The notes below the pieces were generated by a model, which made no database searches, was not told the origin of the DNA, and saw nothing but the letters and a program-made list of their open reading frames with translations. A DNA stretch of 50,546 bases from Eubacteriales bacterium (GTDB lineage Bacteria > Bacillota > Clostridia > Oscillospirales > CAG-272), in assembly GCA_045631585.1 (NCBI GenBank), contig JAZQUX010000190.1, forward strand, positions 1 through 50,546, read 5' to 3'. Below, piece by piece: positions 6,746 through 15,289 of this stretch; position 1 is the stretch's first letter, and every line of letters begins with the position of its first letter. A program made the position numbers and the translations under genes.

Positions 6746-6963
6746 ACAATCTCCACCTCGCATTCATCAGACACAAGCCAATTAAGTGACACAAGACTTT
6801 TTTCCGCTCTGCTAACCGTCCGCTTATCCTCGGGTATCTTAATCAGCCTATATTCGGTAAAATAATACACATTATCCGTCTTTTGATTCTTTAAGCGGAA
6901 TCGCTGATACTTCTTCAATTTGAGTCTGTGCCTTATCAGGAATACAATAAGTCTCTTAATCAT
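6742..6963 (-). CDS. Basic hypothetical protein (73 aa)
   Basis: ATG at 6963 overlaps the methyltransferase stop by 8 nt. Its own stop overlaps the next ATG (ATGA). Confidence 0.45.
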   Translation of the reverse strand: MIKRLIVFLIRHRLKLKKYQRFRLKNQKTDNVYYFTEYRLIKIPEDKRTVSRAEKSLVSLNWLVSDECEVEIV

Positions 6964-8614
6964 TCTTTTCACCATCCTTAACACATCGAATCAGATGCCG
7001 TATGGTCTCGATTGTCCACCCATTCCCGAGCAACTTATAAGCCTGTGTATCCGACACCGGGAATTCATACCATTCAGGTACTGTCTGCAACCGCATACAC
7101 TCTCTGACCGTCAGCTTGCGGATGATATAGAATCCGTCAACAAGCTTTATCGGATACTCCTTGCCCTTGATGGTAATCTTGCCGTCCTTGACTTCGTAAA
7201 CGATATACACCTTGCCATCCGCACAGGACACCGCCTTGATAGGTTTTCCGTCTTCGTCCCATTCACACGGTGTAGCATAGCCACATCTCATCGGCTCATC
7301 AATCTGTATGGCATACAACCCTGTTTTACCACCTGCGCCACCGCCACCGCTTGTCAGATTAACAGACTTGCCCTCGACATCATAGACTCTAAAAGCCTGA
7401 CTATTCCTTATCTCTCCATCAGGCGAAGGCATACAACCTACACGAACAGGCTCTGCTACGCCCGTTGCAGAATGCCCACCGTTTGTTATAAAATTCGCCA
7501 TTCCTTGCTTTGCATAGCTCGCTTTTATAGTGTGAGCAAATCCATCCACAGTAACATTGACAGGCTCGGCAACATAATCAAACACCTGCTTGTTCGGATT
7601 GTCGGGGAAAGCATCGCAAGCCAAACTTCCTTCACCACTACCTTTGTGAGCATAGCTTGCACTAATTGGTCTCGATTTGTCTTCCACTCCGTATTCGGGA
7701 ATCCTTACAGTCTCTGCCACCCCCGAAGCCCCATAAGTTGAAGTGTAACAGCATATATTTGCTATGCTTGTCTGCTGATATTGTGCTTTTATCGTTTGAG
7801 ACTTTCCGTCTTTGGTAAGATTGACAGGCTCTGCTACACTCTGCTTACCCATAAAACCGCTTGTCGCAATATCCATACATCTGTCTCGCTGTGAGCAAGC
7901 AACATAACCGCTCGTCAAAGTCCTCGATTTATCTCGTCCCATAGGGCAGACAGGCTCTGCCACAGCAAGCCGTTGCCCGCTTTGCTTTTGAAGACTTGTA
8001 AAATTTCCGCCCTTAAAATAGTTGGCATCTATACAACCTTGTTTATCTCGCCACGCATATCCGCCTTCCAACACATCCCTCAACAAAATCCCTCTGTCCT
8101 CCGGCTGCGGCACATCCACCTTTGAATAAGTCCCATCCACATTCCTGCGACCAACCCAATACAGCCTCTGTCTGTTCTGTGCTGACACTAATGCCGAATT
8201 AATGCATATCGGCTCAAACCCAAACGCATCGGAAATACTCTCCCGAATCGCCTTTGACATAGACTTGTTATTTTCGTAAATAAACCACTTCGGCTTCGCT
8301 TCCTTCAATGCTCTTACATACTGACAGAACAGTTCCCAACCAAGTCCACTTGCTTCGGTCTCCCTGTTATTCTTCTGTGCAATGCTCCAATATGTACAAG
8401 GACTACCGCCTATCAGCCAATCAAATCCCTCGAACTCGGTAAAATTACCATCAAACACATCGCCCCTCTGCTCAATATCGGGAAAGTTATGTACCGCTGT
8501 CTTAACGGCATAGCCATCAATTTCATACGCCACATATCTGTCTATCGGAATGTCCTCAAGCATCATCGCAATATGCCCACAAGCCATCCCATCATATAAG
8601 CTTAATATATTCAT
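6956..8614 (-). CDS. DNA cytosine-C5 methyltransferase with five tandem TRD-like modules (552 aa)
   Basis: Motif I LSLYDGMACG, motif IV GGSPCTYWS, motif VI ENNKSM, motif VIII QNRQR, motifs IX/X RKLTVRECMRLQTVP...LLGNGW. Between VIII and IX there are five repeats beginning [VA]AE[PT]V at aa 218, 260, 299, 348 and 386, most followed by K-S-x-T-[LI]-type TRD signatures. Confidence 0.85.
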   Translation of the reverse strand: MNILSLYDGMACGHIAMMLEDIPIDRYVAYEIDGYAVKTAVHNFPDIEQRGDVFDGNFTEFEGFDWLIGGSPCTYWSIAQKNNRETEASGLGWELFCQYVRALKEAKPKWFIYENNKSMSKAIRESISDAFGFEPICINSALVSAQNRQRLYWVGRRNVDGTYSKVDVPQPEDRGILLRDVLEGGYAWRDKQGCIDANYFKGGNFTSLQKQSGQRLAVAEPVCPMGRDKSRTLTSGYVACSQRDRCMDIATSGFMGKQSVAEPVNLTKDGKSQTIKAQYQQTSIANICCYTSTYGASGVAETVRIPEYGVEDKSRPISASYAHKGSGEGSLACDAFPDNPNKQVFDYVAEPVNVTVDGFAHTIKASYAKQGMANFITNGGHSATGVAEPVRVGCMPSPDGEIRNSQAFRVYDVEGKSVNLTSGGGGAGGKTGLYAIQIDEPMRCGYATPCEWDEDGKPIKAVSCADGKVYIVYEVKDGKITIKGKEYPIKLVDGFYIIRKLTVRECMRLQTVPEWYEFPVSDTQAYKLLGNGWTIETIRHLIRCVKDGEKND

Positions 8615-8832
8615 TCAGCATCCTCCGCAAAAATCCTTCGATTTCTAAAATCCACCTTAATAACATTACACCGCATAGCCTTGTCAAGCAAAGGCGGCAA
8701 CTCCGAATTGAAGTACTTCCACCTCGCCTCATTATATTCTACACCTTCACCGACCTGTATGCCGTTTACGTATACATCAAACAGTTCGTCACCCCCGACC
8801 ATCTCGAGGAAGTCAAACACCGCTATTTTCAC
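8611..8832 (-). CDS. Hypothetical protein (73 aa, GTG start)
   Basis: AGGAGAG RBS upstream of GTG at 8832. ATGA-type overlap with the downstream methyltransferase. Confidence 0.55.
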   Translation of the reverse strand: MKIAVFDFLEMVGGDELFDVYVNGIQVGEGVEYNEARWKYFNSELPPLLDKAMRCNVIKVDFRNRRIFAEDAE

Positions 8833-8851
8833 TTTGCTCTCCTTTCAACCT

Positions 8852-9157
8852 TGTACCCTACTGTACCCACCTTGTACCCGACACCCAAAAACCAACAAAT
8901 CCAAGAATAACTCAATCCGCAAGGTGCGTACCCTATGTACCCTATAAATTCTCTCGCGCGTATGAGAGAAAATGTATTGTTAGATTTCTGTCAATACACA
9001 GAGAGATGTATATATATATGTGTAAAATATTTTTTGGTGGGTACATCGGGTACAGTACCGATTTTTGTATACCTTGCATAATTTTCAGTACCACCCATTC
9101 CCGATACACCCTCTTTTTCTGTGCACTCTGCACAAATCCTGCGTACCCTTTGTACCC
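8852..9157. repeat. Iteron cluster / candidate replication origin
   Basis: [TC]GTACCC starts at 8852, 8862, 8873 (10-11 bp phasing), 8927, 8936, 9142 and 9151. Inverted GGGTACA at 9039 and 9048. AT-rich stretch 9006-9036. Hairpin TTCTCTC/GAGAGAA at 8949-8970. This is the only ~330-bp non-coding gap in the replication operon, directly 3' of the helicase gene. Confidence 0.6.
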
Positions 9158-9160
9158 GAT

Positions 9161-11026
9161 TCACCCTTCATTTTCGCTCTCTGTGTCGTAATAATCGGGT
9201 AATTCGGGCGTTCTTTCGCCCAAATAAAGGCACACGCAGTTAGTCAAAACACCGTTCACTCTGCTCTTTTTTGTGCGTTTTCCCTCCTCACAAGTCAGAT
9301 AACCTTGTCTCTTTGCCCACGCAAGGAAGGATGACGGATTGTAGCCTTGTGCACTCATCTCTCGGTCGAACACGGATTTTATTATGTAAACGCAATCAGG
9401 CTCATACTTGCCCCAAACCTCTCCCGGATACATATCAAACTTGTTTGCTCTAAAGTGATTCGGATTCATCGCACAAAGCTCGCAAATGTAATCATACGCC
9501 CTGACATTAATGTCAACCTCGCTCTTCTTGGACATTAAAGATGCTATATCATCAACCGTCAGCGCATAATCATCTTTGAATATCCACTCCGTAGCGATAG
9601 CATCCGCTGTCAATAAGATAGATGCCGAAGCAGCCTGCTTTTCCGTTGAGTCATACTTGAGTAATTCCTGATAGAATTCCTTCTGCAACGTACTTACAAA
9701 CTCAACCGAGCCCGCATATCGGAACATTTCAATAAACTTCTCACCTGCAAAGCCGTAATTTTCCTTGATAACATCGCATATCCCAACAAGGTCAGAGTAA
9801 ACCTTTTCGAAGCACTCAAACTCTATGATACGGTTAACAGCACCACCGTTTGAATTGCTGTTTGATATAGGCTGTTCGCCGTTGGTTATAAAACAGCAAC
9901 GCCACTTGTTCTGCGCTTGCAGACCGCCCGTCTTTGTGCCTCTCGTCTTTCCGACACCCTCACAAAGCTGATATATCATCTTGTCGAAATCCTTAACACC
10001 CGATGCAACCTGAATCTGTAATTCGTCAATGCACATAGGCAAACTGTTAAGAAAAGCCGCTGTCATTTCCTGACCTACGCCCGTGCTATTAAATGTGGTA
10101 ATGTACTCGCCCATCTTTGGAGACCCCCACACCGATGCCGCAATCATAAGTCCGACACTCTTGCCTAATCCCGTCCCACCCCACGAATGAAGGAAAAACG
10201 GAAGAAGTCCGCAAGGCTCAAGAAGTACACTTGCAAAGGATGCCGCAAGAAATAACCTACCTATAGTTTTTTCTGCTCTCATCTTGCGCATAGCCTCAAG
10301 CCATTTGTCGTAGCTACCGTGACTCTGTACCGCATTGAACATCCCTCTGAAACTGTTCTCCCCGTCAAAGGTAAGCCCTTCGACATAAGGAGCAAATCCG
10401 TGACCGCCCACCCATCCGAGTCGGGAAACAGACTTCTGCTCGGGGATAAGGCTGTAATTAAACTGTTCCATTTTAAAAAGGTAATTGGAAAGCTCCTTCG
10501 CATTGACGGAGTTAACCATAACCCCATCGTCCGAAAGCTCAAGAATGCTACTCGCAGAACTTATAACACTCTTTGGGACAATAATCTTCTTCCATTCATA
10601 ACCTTTCTTGAAAGCTATCTCAAGCCGTTCCTTACCGCTGTCAACATTGCATAATCGTCTGACAGGCAAAATCGGATGGTCGCACACGCAAACTTCAAAC
10701 CCGAATTGGTTAATGTATCGAACGCCGTAATCATCGCAAGTGTAAAACCCGGAGGAAAGCTCCAATTCCTGCCCGTCAAACCTTGTCGCATTCTCAACGC
10801 TCTGCTTCTGTTCCTTTTTGGACAGCAGAAACCCTTTCCAAAGCGACATAAACTTTTTAACGCCAACACTTGCCGCCTGCTCACGCATAAGCTCTATCAT
10901 TTGCTCAAGCAGAAAAACATTACCGATATAATTATATAAAAACTCGTACGGCACAGACGTGCTTATATAATCGTCTTTGGTGTAGTCGGGAATATCCCGA
11001 AGCACCAAATTTGTATTCTCATTCAC
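9161..11026 (-). CDS. DUF927-type replicative helicase / primase-associated ATPase (621 aa, GTG start)
   Basis: Walker A HSWGGTGLGKSV, with IDELQ downstream. The N-terminal half resembles DUF927. The GTG start overlaps the upstream stop by 8 nt. Confidence 0.7.
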   Translation of the reverse strand: MNENTNLVLRDIPDYTKDDYISTSVPYEFLYNYIGNVFLLEQMIELMREQAASVGVKKFMSLWKGFLLSKKEQKQSVENATRFDGQELELSSGFYTCDDYGVRYINQFGFEVCVCDHPILPVRRLCNVDSGKERLEIAFKKGYEWKKIIVPKSVISSASSILELSDDGVMVNSVNAKELSNYLFKMEQFNYSLIPEQKSVSRLGWVGGHGFAPYVEGLTFDGENSFRGMFNAVQSHGSYDKWLEAMRKMRAEKTIGRLFLAASFASVLLEPCGLLPFFLHSWGGTGLGKSVGLMIAASVWGSPKMGEYITTFNSTGVGQEMTAAFLNSLPMCIDELQIQVASGVKDFDKMIYQLCEGVGKTRGTKTGGLQAQNKWRCCFITNGEQPISNSNSNGGAVNRIIEFECFEKVYSDLVGICDVIKENYGFAGEKFIEMFRYAGSVEFVSTLQKEFYQELLKYDSTEKQAASASILLTADAIATEWIFKDDYALTVDDIASLMSKKSEVDINVRAYDYICELCAMNPNHFRANKFDMYPGEVWGKYEPDCVYIIKSVFDREMSAQGYNPSSFLAWAKRQGYLTCEEGKRTKKSRVNGVLTNCVCLYLGERTPELPDYYDTESENEG

Positions 11027-11594
11027 CGTTTATAACCCCATTTCTATCAAAATCCCTCGTTTCATCCTCTTTACAATGCAAGGCATACCGCACAGCCTCA
11101 ATGTTATCAATTGCAATTTTATACAGCGGATGTAAAGCCTCACCACGCCTCGGTCTGTATTTGATAAGATTATCCTCAAGGTCCTGCAGAGCATTCCAAA
11201 GTCCCCAATATTCGTCCTCAAGCTGTTTTCTGTAAAGCTCTTTCTCTTTCCTTTGGCGTACAACCTCGTCTGACTTCGCCTGAAGCTCTACAAGCTCGTT
11301 TTGGCTCATCGAGGCACAATTCCCATACGGCAACGAAAAGTCCTCACAGAGCTTATTTACAGCCTTTCCGAAAGGGATGTTAAACAGTTTCATCACAAAG
11401 TCAAAGATGTCACCCTTCTCACCACAAACGAAACAATGAAATATCTCATCCTTGACTCCGAGATTGTTATCCTTGCCCCCGTGAAAAGGGCAGGGGATGC
11501 GCTTGTTCCTGCCAACCTTGAATCCGTACCTATCAAGCACATCCCACATGGATACCGCAGACTTTATCTGTTCATTTATGTATGCATTATTCAT
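11019..11594 (-). CDS. CHC2 (DnaG-type) zinc-finger protein without a recognisable catalytic primase domain (191 aa)
   Basis: CPFHGGKDNNL...FHCFVCGEKGDIFDFV zinc-finger signature. The remainder is a coiled-coil-like K/E/Q-rich sequence. Confidence 0.7.
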   Translation of the reverse strand: MNNAYINEQIKSAVSMWDVLDRYGFKVGRNKRIPCPFHGGKDNNLGVKDEIFHCFVCGEKGDIFDFVMKLFNIPFGKAVNKLCEDFSLPYGNCASMSQNELVELQAKSDEVVRQRKEKELYRKQLEDEYWGLWNALQDLEDNLIKYRPRRGEALHPLYKIAIDNIEAVRYALHCKEDETRDFDRNGVINGE

Positions 11595-12030
11595 ACTCTA
11601 ACAGCTCCAATATCCTCTTGCCCGTGTCAGCCTTACTGCAGAAAATAAACTCGATACCGTATGCTATATGCACCCGGTATATCTCATCCATAAGAGACCG
11701 CCCCGAAACAGGCGAAAACTTACTGTGCCAATTCGCAACATCATCGATGCAAGTTATATTCCGTGAATGCTCGCACAAAACTATCATCTTTGTCCGACTC
11801 TTAAATGACCGCCTGACTTCCTTCCAAAATCTCGACTTGTCGCTCTTGTTGGTAAGATTCCTCGCAAGCTCCTCAAGATTCTGCTTTCTGTCAATAACAA
11901 TGTCGTCCTTGCCATCAATCTTGTAGTCAGCCGTATCAAGCTTTTTAACCTCATACGGCACACCCGCCATCTCAAAGTACTTCAGCACATGACCGTTCTT
12001 TTTTTCTCTTGTATCGCAAATAACTTTCAT
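11587..12030 (-). CDS. ERCC4/XPF-Mus81-type nuclease (147 aa)
   Basis: VICDTREK ... TADYKI ... VIDRK matches the D-x-RE / GDY / ERK pattern of ERCC4 domains. Confidence 0.65.
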   Translation of the reverse strand: MKVICDTREKKNGHVLKYFEMAGVPYEVKKLDTADYKIDGKDDIVIDRKQNLEELARNLTNKSDKSRFWKEVRRSFKSRTKMIVLCEHSRNITCIDDVANWHSKFSPVSGRSLMDEIYRVHIAYGIEFIFCSKADTGKRILELLEYE

Positions 12031-12140
12031 ATATTAAGTTTCCTCGCAAGAGCTTTAATTCTTCTCTCGTACTCTGCAGAAGTCTTTGCCTCTGCATATA
12101 TCTTTCTTTTGAGTTGCTCGTAGACCTTGTATCTGTCCAT
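12027..12140 (-). CDS. Small basic protein (37 aa), not in the ORF track
   Basis: ATG at 12140 with GGAGG RBS. Sequence MDRYKVYEQLKRKIYAEAKTSAEYERRIKALARKLNI. Its stop overlaps the nuclease ATG (ATGA). It replaces the implausible track ORF 12055..12249. Confidence 0.5.
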   Translation of the reverse strand: MDRYKVYEQLKRKIYAEAKTSAEYERRIKALARKLNI

Positions 12141-12151
12141 AGCCTACCTCC

Positions 12152-12565
12152 TTAAAAGGGTAAATCATCCTCTTTGCCAACCTCGGTAAAATCAGCCTCA
12201 AGCGGAGTATTCCCCGTATCAACGCTTCCCGAGTCGGCATTACCGCCACTCTTCTTCGGAATAGGAAATTCTGCCTTGTTCATAACAATCTCAAAGGACG
12301 TCCTCTTGTTGCCATCCTTATCTGTATACTGATTGGTATCGATGCTTCCCGAGATGGTTATGCCGTCACCCTTCTTAAAATACTTCGCAAGAAATTCTGC
12401 GCTTTGTCTCCAAGCGATAACATTTATAAAATTCGCCTGTCTTTCTTCGCCCGTCTTGTAATCCTTGTCAACCGCCATACAAAATCTCGCAAATGAAACA
12501 CCGCTCTGTGTCTGCTTAACCTCGATATCTGCCGTAAGTCTGCCTGTAAGTACTACTATATTCAT
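12152..12565 (-). CDS. ssb: Single-stranded DNA-binding protein
   Basis: OB-fold SSB N-terminus MNIVVLTGRLTADIEVKQTQSGVSFARF..., ...NFINVIAWRQSAEF..., and acidic tail ...EDDLPF. Confidence 0.9.
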   Translation of the reverse strand: MNIVVLTGRLTADIEVKQTQSGVSFARFCMAVDKDYKTGEERQANFINVIAWRQSAEFLAKYFKKGDGITISGSIDTNQYTDKDGNKRTSFEIVMNKAEFPIPKKSGGNADSGSVDTGNTPLEADFTEVGKEDDLPF

Positions 12566-12786
12566 TAATTATTACCACCTTTCAATCCTAAAACGTAATC
12601 TGCCGACAGATTAAGCGCAGCACATAGCTTTGCAAAGGTACTTGTGTAACATCCACCGTTTCCCGTAAGCAAAGCCTTAAGTCTGCTCTCGCTCATCCCT
12701 GCACGCTGTCCGATTTGTTTGTATGTCATCCCCGACTTATTAACCGCTTCACGCAGTCTATCTGACATACCTCTTATCATTGCCAT
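12565..12786 (-). CDS. XRE-family HTH protein (73 aa)
   Basis: ...MTYKQIGQRAGMSESRLKALLTG...LCAALNLSADYVLGL. TAATG overlaps on both sides. Confidence 0.75.
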   Translation of the reverse strand: MAMIRGMSDRLREAVNKSGMTYKQIGQRAGMSESRLKALLTGNGGCYTSTFAKLCAALNLSADYVLGLKGGNN

Positions 12787-13400
12787 TACTCCGTGCCACC
12801 TTTCAACGCCTCGGTAAGAGCCGAAGCCTTATCACTCTTTGCCACATCTTCAACTTCGTCCGCCATCTGTATTCCCATAAGTGCTTCGGGACAATATACC
12901 CTCGCAAAGAAAGCAGAGCTACGATACGCAAGCATAAGCTCCGGCATATTTCTCCACTTCGAATTGGAAGTCCATCCTTCAGCCTTTGCCATCGCAAGTG
13001 TTACATCGGGACCTTCAACCACTTCACCGTTTGAAACCCTTGTCGCAACAACACGACATCCTCTGTTCTCTGTGCCTTTCTCGCCCGTGTAAACATGATG
13101 CACATCCTTGAATCTGCCACATCCGTTTATAAGAGCAATACACGCCTGACCCGCCCACGAAGGCTTACCCTTAACCACATACAGATTCTGCATAACAAAT
13201 AGCGGGTCTAAATCCATCCTCTGCGCCATACTGATAGCCACAAAGCAATCCTGCGGCTTATCCTGATAGCTCTGCGGGACAAGTCCCGACTTGGAATAAA
13301 TCCTTGAAAGCTCAAGGCAATGCTCATATCCTCTCGGCTCTGCCACAGTAACAGCATTGCTCTCTGTTCCTACGGCAACTATGTTTGTTTGATTATCCAT
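12786..13400 (-). CDS. recT: RecT-family single-strand annealing protein
   Basis: 204 aa with ...SGLVPQSYQDKPQDCFVAISMAQRMDLDPLFVMQNLYVVKGKPSW... Located directly downstream of an exonuclease gene. Confidence 0.75.
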   Translation of the reverse strand: MDNQTNIVAVGTESNAVTVAEPRGYEHCLELSRIYSKSGLVPQSYQDKPQDCFVAISMAQRMDLDPLFVMQNLYVVKGKPSWAGQACIALINGCGRFKDVHHVYTGEKGTENRGCRVVATRVSNGEVVEGPDVTLAMAKAEGWTSNSKWRNMPELMLAYRSSAFFARVYCPEALMGIQMADEVEDVAKSDKASALTEALKGGTE

Positions 13401-13418
13401 TTAAAAATTCCTCCTTAA

Positions 13419-14225
13419 TTATTCAACTTCTTTAGCAAGATAAGCAGGCAACCTCAACTCATTAACCTCATTGCTCTTGCCAAGATACCCATACCAATTA
13501 CCGCTGACCTTACAATCGTGATATATGCCGATATACTCCCTGAAAAGGTCAACGCCCCTTTGTACAAAGTCCTTGTCCGTCTGCAAGATGTTTACCGAAT
13601 AAGGCGGCTCTTTCTCAACAGCGATGATGACGAAATCCCACTTCTTCCCGGTACAAACTCCAACCCCTTCAGTGTACATCCCGCTTTGGAAGTCGTAACC
13701 GTACTTGATAGCTTCCTTCATAAACTGATTTGTCTCTGCCGATGTGGTAGTCTTAAGGTCAACAACTATCGGCATCTCCGAAAGCTCAACCGTAAGGTCT
13801 GCTCTGCACTTGCACTCTTCACCCGTGAATTCATCCACCCAAAAGAACTCCTTCTCCTTCTCGGCACTCGGATGCATTAAGAGCTTCTTCGCAAAGCCAT
13901 TCCCGAAAAGGGCATTTGTCATTGCCTTGACCTGTTCAAAGGCTTCGGATGTTATAACCGTCTTGCCCTTGTTAGCCTCGCAAAAAGCATTGTACATTTC
14001 CTTGCCTGCCTTTGTTCGTTTGTCAACTTCGGGCATCACAGCAAACTCACTCTCAAAGCTTTCGGGCTGAAGCACATACTTGTGAAATGCTTGCCCCAAA
14101 AGGAGAGCAGGCGTTGTCTCTTGGGGATTATCCTTGAAATATTTAAACTTTTCGGGAGACTCTCTGATGTGCCACAGCTCCGACCTCGATACGGCAGGAT
14201 GCTGTCTGTATTCTTTTTCGGTCAT
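13419..14225 (-). CDS. PD-(D/E)XK exonuclease (RecE/exonuclease VIII-like partner of RecT)
   Basis: 268 aa with ...CRADLTVE...IVVDLKTT... (D-x(n)-D/E-x-K arrangement). Synteny with recT. Confidence 0.7.
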   Translation of the reverse strand: MTEKEYRQHPAVSRSELWHIRESPEKFKYFKDNPQETTPALLLGQAFHKYVLQPESFESEFAVMPEVDKRTKAGKEMYNAFCEANKGKTVITSEAFEQVKAMTNALFGNGFAKKLLMHPSAEKEKEFFWVDEFTGEECKCRADLTVELSEMPIVVDLKTTTSAETNQFMKEAIKYGYDFQSGMYTEGVGVCTGKKWDFVIIAVEKEPPYSVNILQTDKDFVQRGVDLFREYIGIYHDCKVSGNWYGYLGKSNEVNELRLPAYLAKEVE

Positions 14226-14626
14226 TCATTACCTCCACCAAAAAGCTTGGATATAACATCATCCGCAGACTTAAATTCAACAGTATCCTTGGTTTTCTTA
14301 TCGATGTCAATGTCCGCATCAATCTCATCTAACTTATCTAAAAGACGTTTCATGCTCAAAGCAAGCATCTCAACGTTTGAACGAAGCTCCCCGTCAATCA
14401 GATGCCCACCGTTAGCAATGCCCTTGATTTTTTCAACCATAGGCTCAATTTTGCAGATGTTATTCATTATGTGGTCCTTTATCTTGTTTTTACGTCGGTC
14501 TCCGACCAATCCAATCATCGAATCAAAATGCTGTTTCCCTCTTTCAGACAATGTATAATGCTCGTCTGTATTAACCATCGCCTTTATAAACTCAAATGCT
14601 TCTTTTGCAAATTCTCTGTCTGTCAT
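14222..14626 (-). CDS. Hypothetical protein (134 aa)
   Basis: ATGA coupling at both ends. Acidic, helical composition. Confidence 0.65.
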   Translation of the reverse strand: MTDREFAKEAFEFIKAMVNTDEHYTLSERGKQHFDSMIGLVGDRRKNKIKDHIMNNICKIEPMVEKIKGIANGGHLIDGELRSNVEMLALSMKRLLDKLDEIDADIDIDKKTKDTVEFKSADDVISKLFGGGNE

Positions 14627-15057
14627 AACCTATATTCCTTTCCCGTAATAGTTTTATAGCCATCGGTAAGTGTTGCCCACTCCTTATCCGAAATGCGACT
14701 CTTACCTACACCGTAAAAATGCTTCTCATAAAGATTAACCATGCATACCTTAAGATAGCCCTCATCGTGCCACCCCTCAAAAGGCTTCGCATTGTATCCC
14801 CCGTAATCGGCAAACTCTATGAACTCCTCCATATAGCCCTTGTGCTGCACCGAAAACCGTTTGTTGTAGAGCATATCATAGTCCCAAAAGTAACTTGACA
14901 AATCTGCTCTTGGATACTCCATAACTCTGTTGATAAGGAGATTGTTCGTACGACCTCGGTCACGAATATCTCTCATTATCGCAACCACCTCACGAAGCTG
15001 TCCCTTAAACTGTAGCTCCGGCAGATACGGCAAAAGCTTGTGATGCCAAAGTCTCAT
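14623..15057 (-). CDS. Pyrimidine-dimer DNA glycosylase-like protein (DenV / TIGR02328-like)
   Basis: N-terminus MRLWHHKLLPYLPELQFKGQLREVVAI matches the MRLWH..L...LP.QQL.GQ.RE signature as I remember it. Confidence 0.6.
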   Translation of the reverse strand: MRLWHHKLLPYLPELQFKGQLREVVAIMRDIRDRGRTNNLLINRVMEYPRADLSSYFWDYDMLYNKRFSVQHKGYMEEFIEFADYGGYNAKPFEGWHDEGYLKVCMVNLYEKHFYGVGKSRISDKEWATLTDGYKTITGKEYRL

Positions 15058-15070
15058 ATACTACCTCCGC

Positions 15071-15289
15071 TTAATAATTCCAAGTACATTTATTAAGACA
15101 AGCCTTGCAGATTCCCTTTTCGCTGTCATCGTGAAGAAGCCACTCGTTGTCTGTCGAGTATATGTTTTTGTGGCAGAACACACACTCTCCGATTACCTTG
15201 CGCTCCTCCACCACCTCGGGCTGATTGTAGAAGGCTGTCTCTTCGGGGATTCCCCAAGGTCTGAACTCATCGTAATATGTTTTAGACAT
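15071..15289 (-). CDS. Cys-containing small protein (72 aa)
   Basis: ATG at 15289, 6 nt after a GGAGG RBS (internal start of track ORF 15071..15340). Contains CVFC...CKAC. Confidence 0.6.
   Translation of the reverse strand: MSKTYYDEFRPWGIPEETAFYNQPEVVEERKVIGECVFCHKNIYSTDNEWLLHDDSEKGICKACLNKCTWNY

Noticed and set aside
8852-9157. CRISPR array or DGR template/variable repeat pairs (also considered for 20325-20569 and the five methylase repeats).
   Set aside because: The repeats are 7-26 nt, irregularly spaced, and lack spacer-like unique units of constant size. No cas gene or reverse transcriptase is present anywhere in the window.
12055-12249. Track ORF 12055..12249 (-).
   Set aside because: It overlaps the 3' end of ssb out of frame and has R/L/I-rich junk composition. 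The 37-aa ORF 12027..12140, with RBS and ATGA coupling, explains the gap better.
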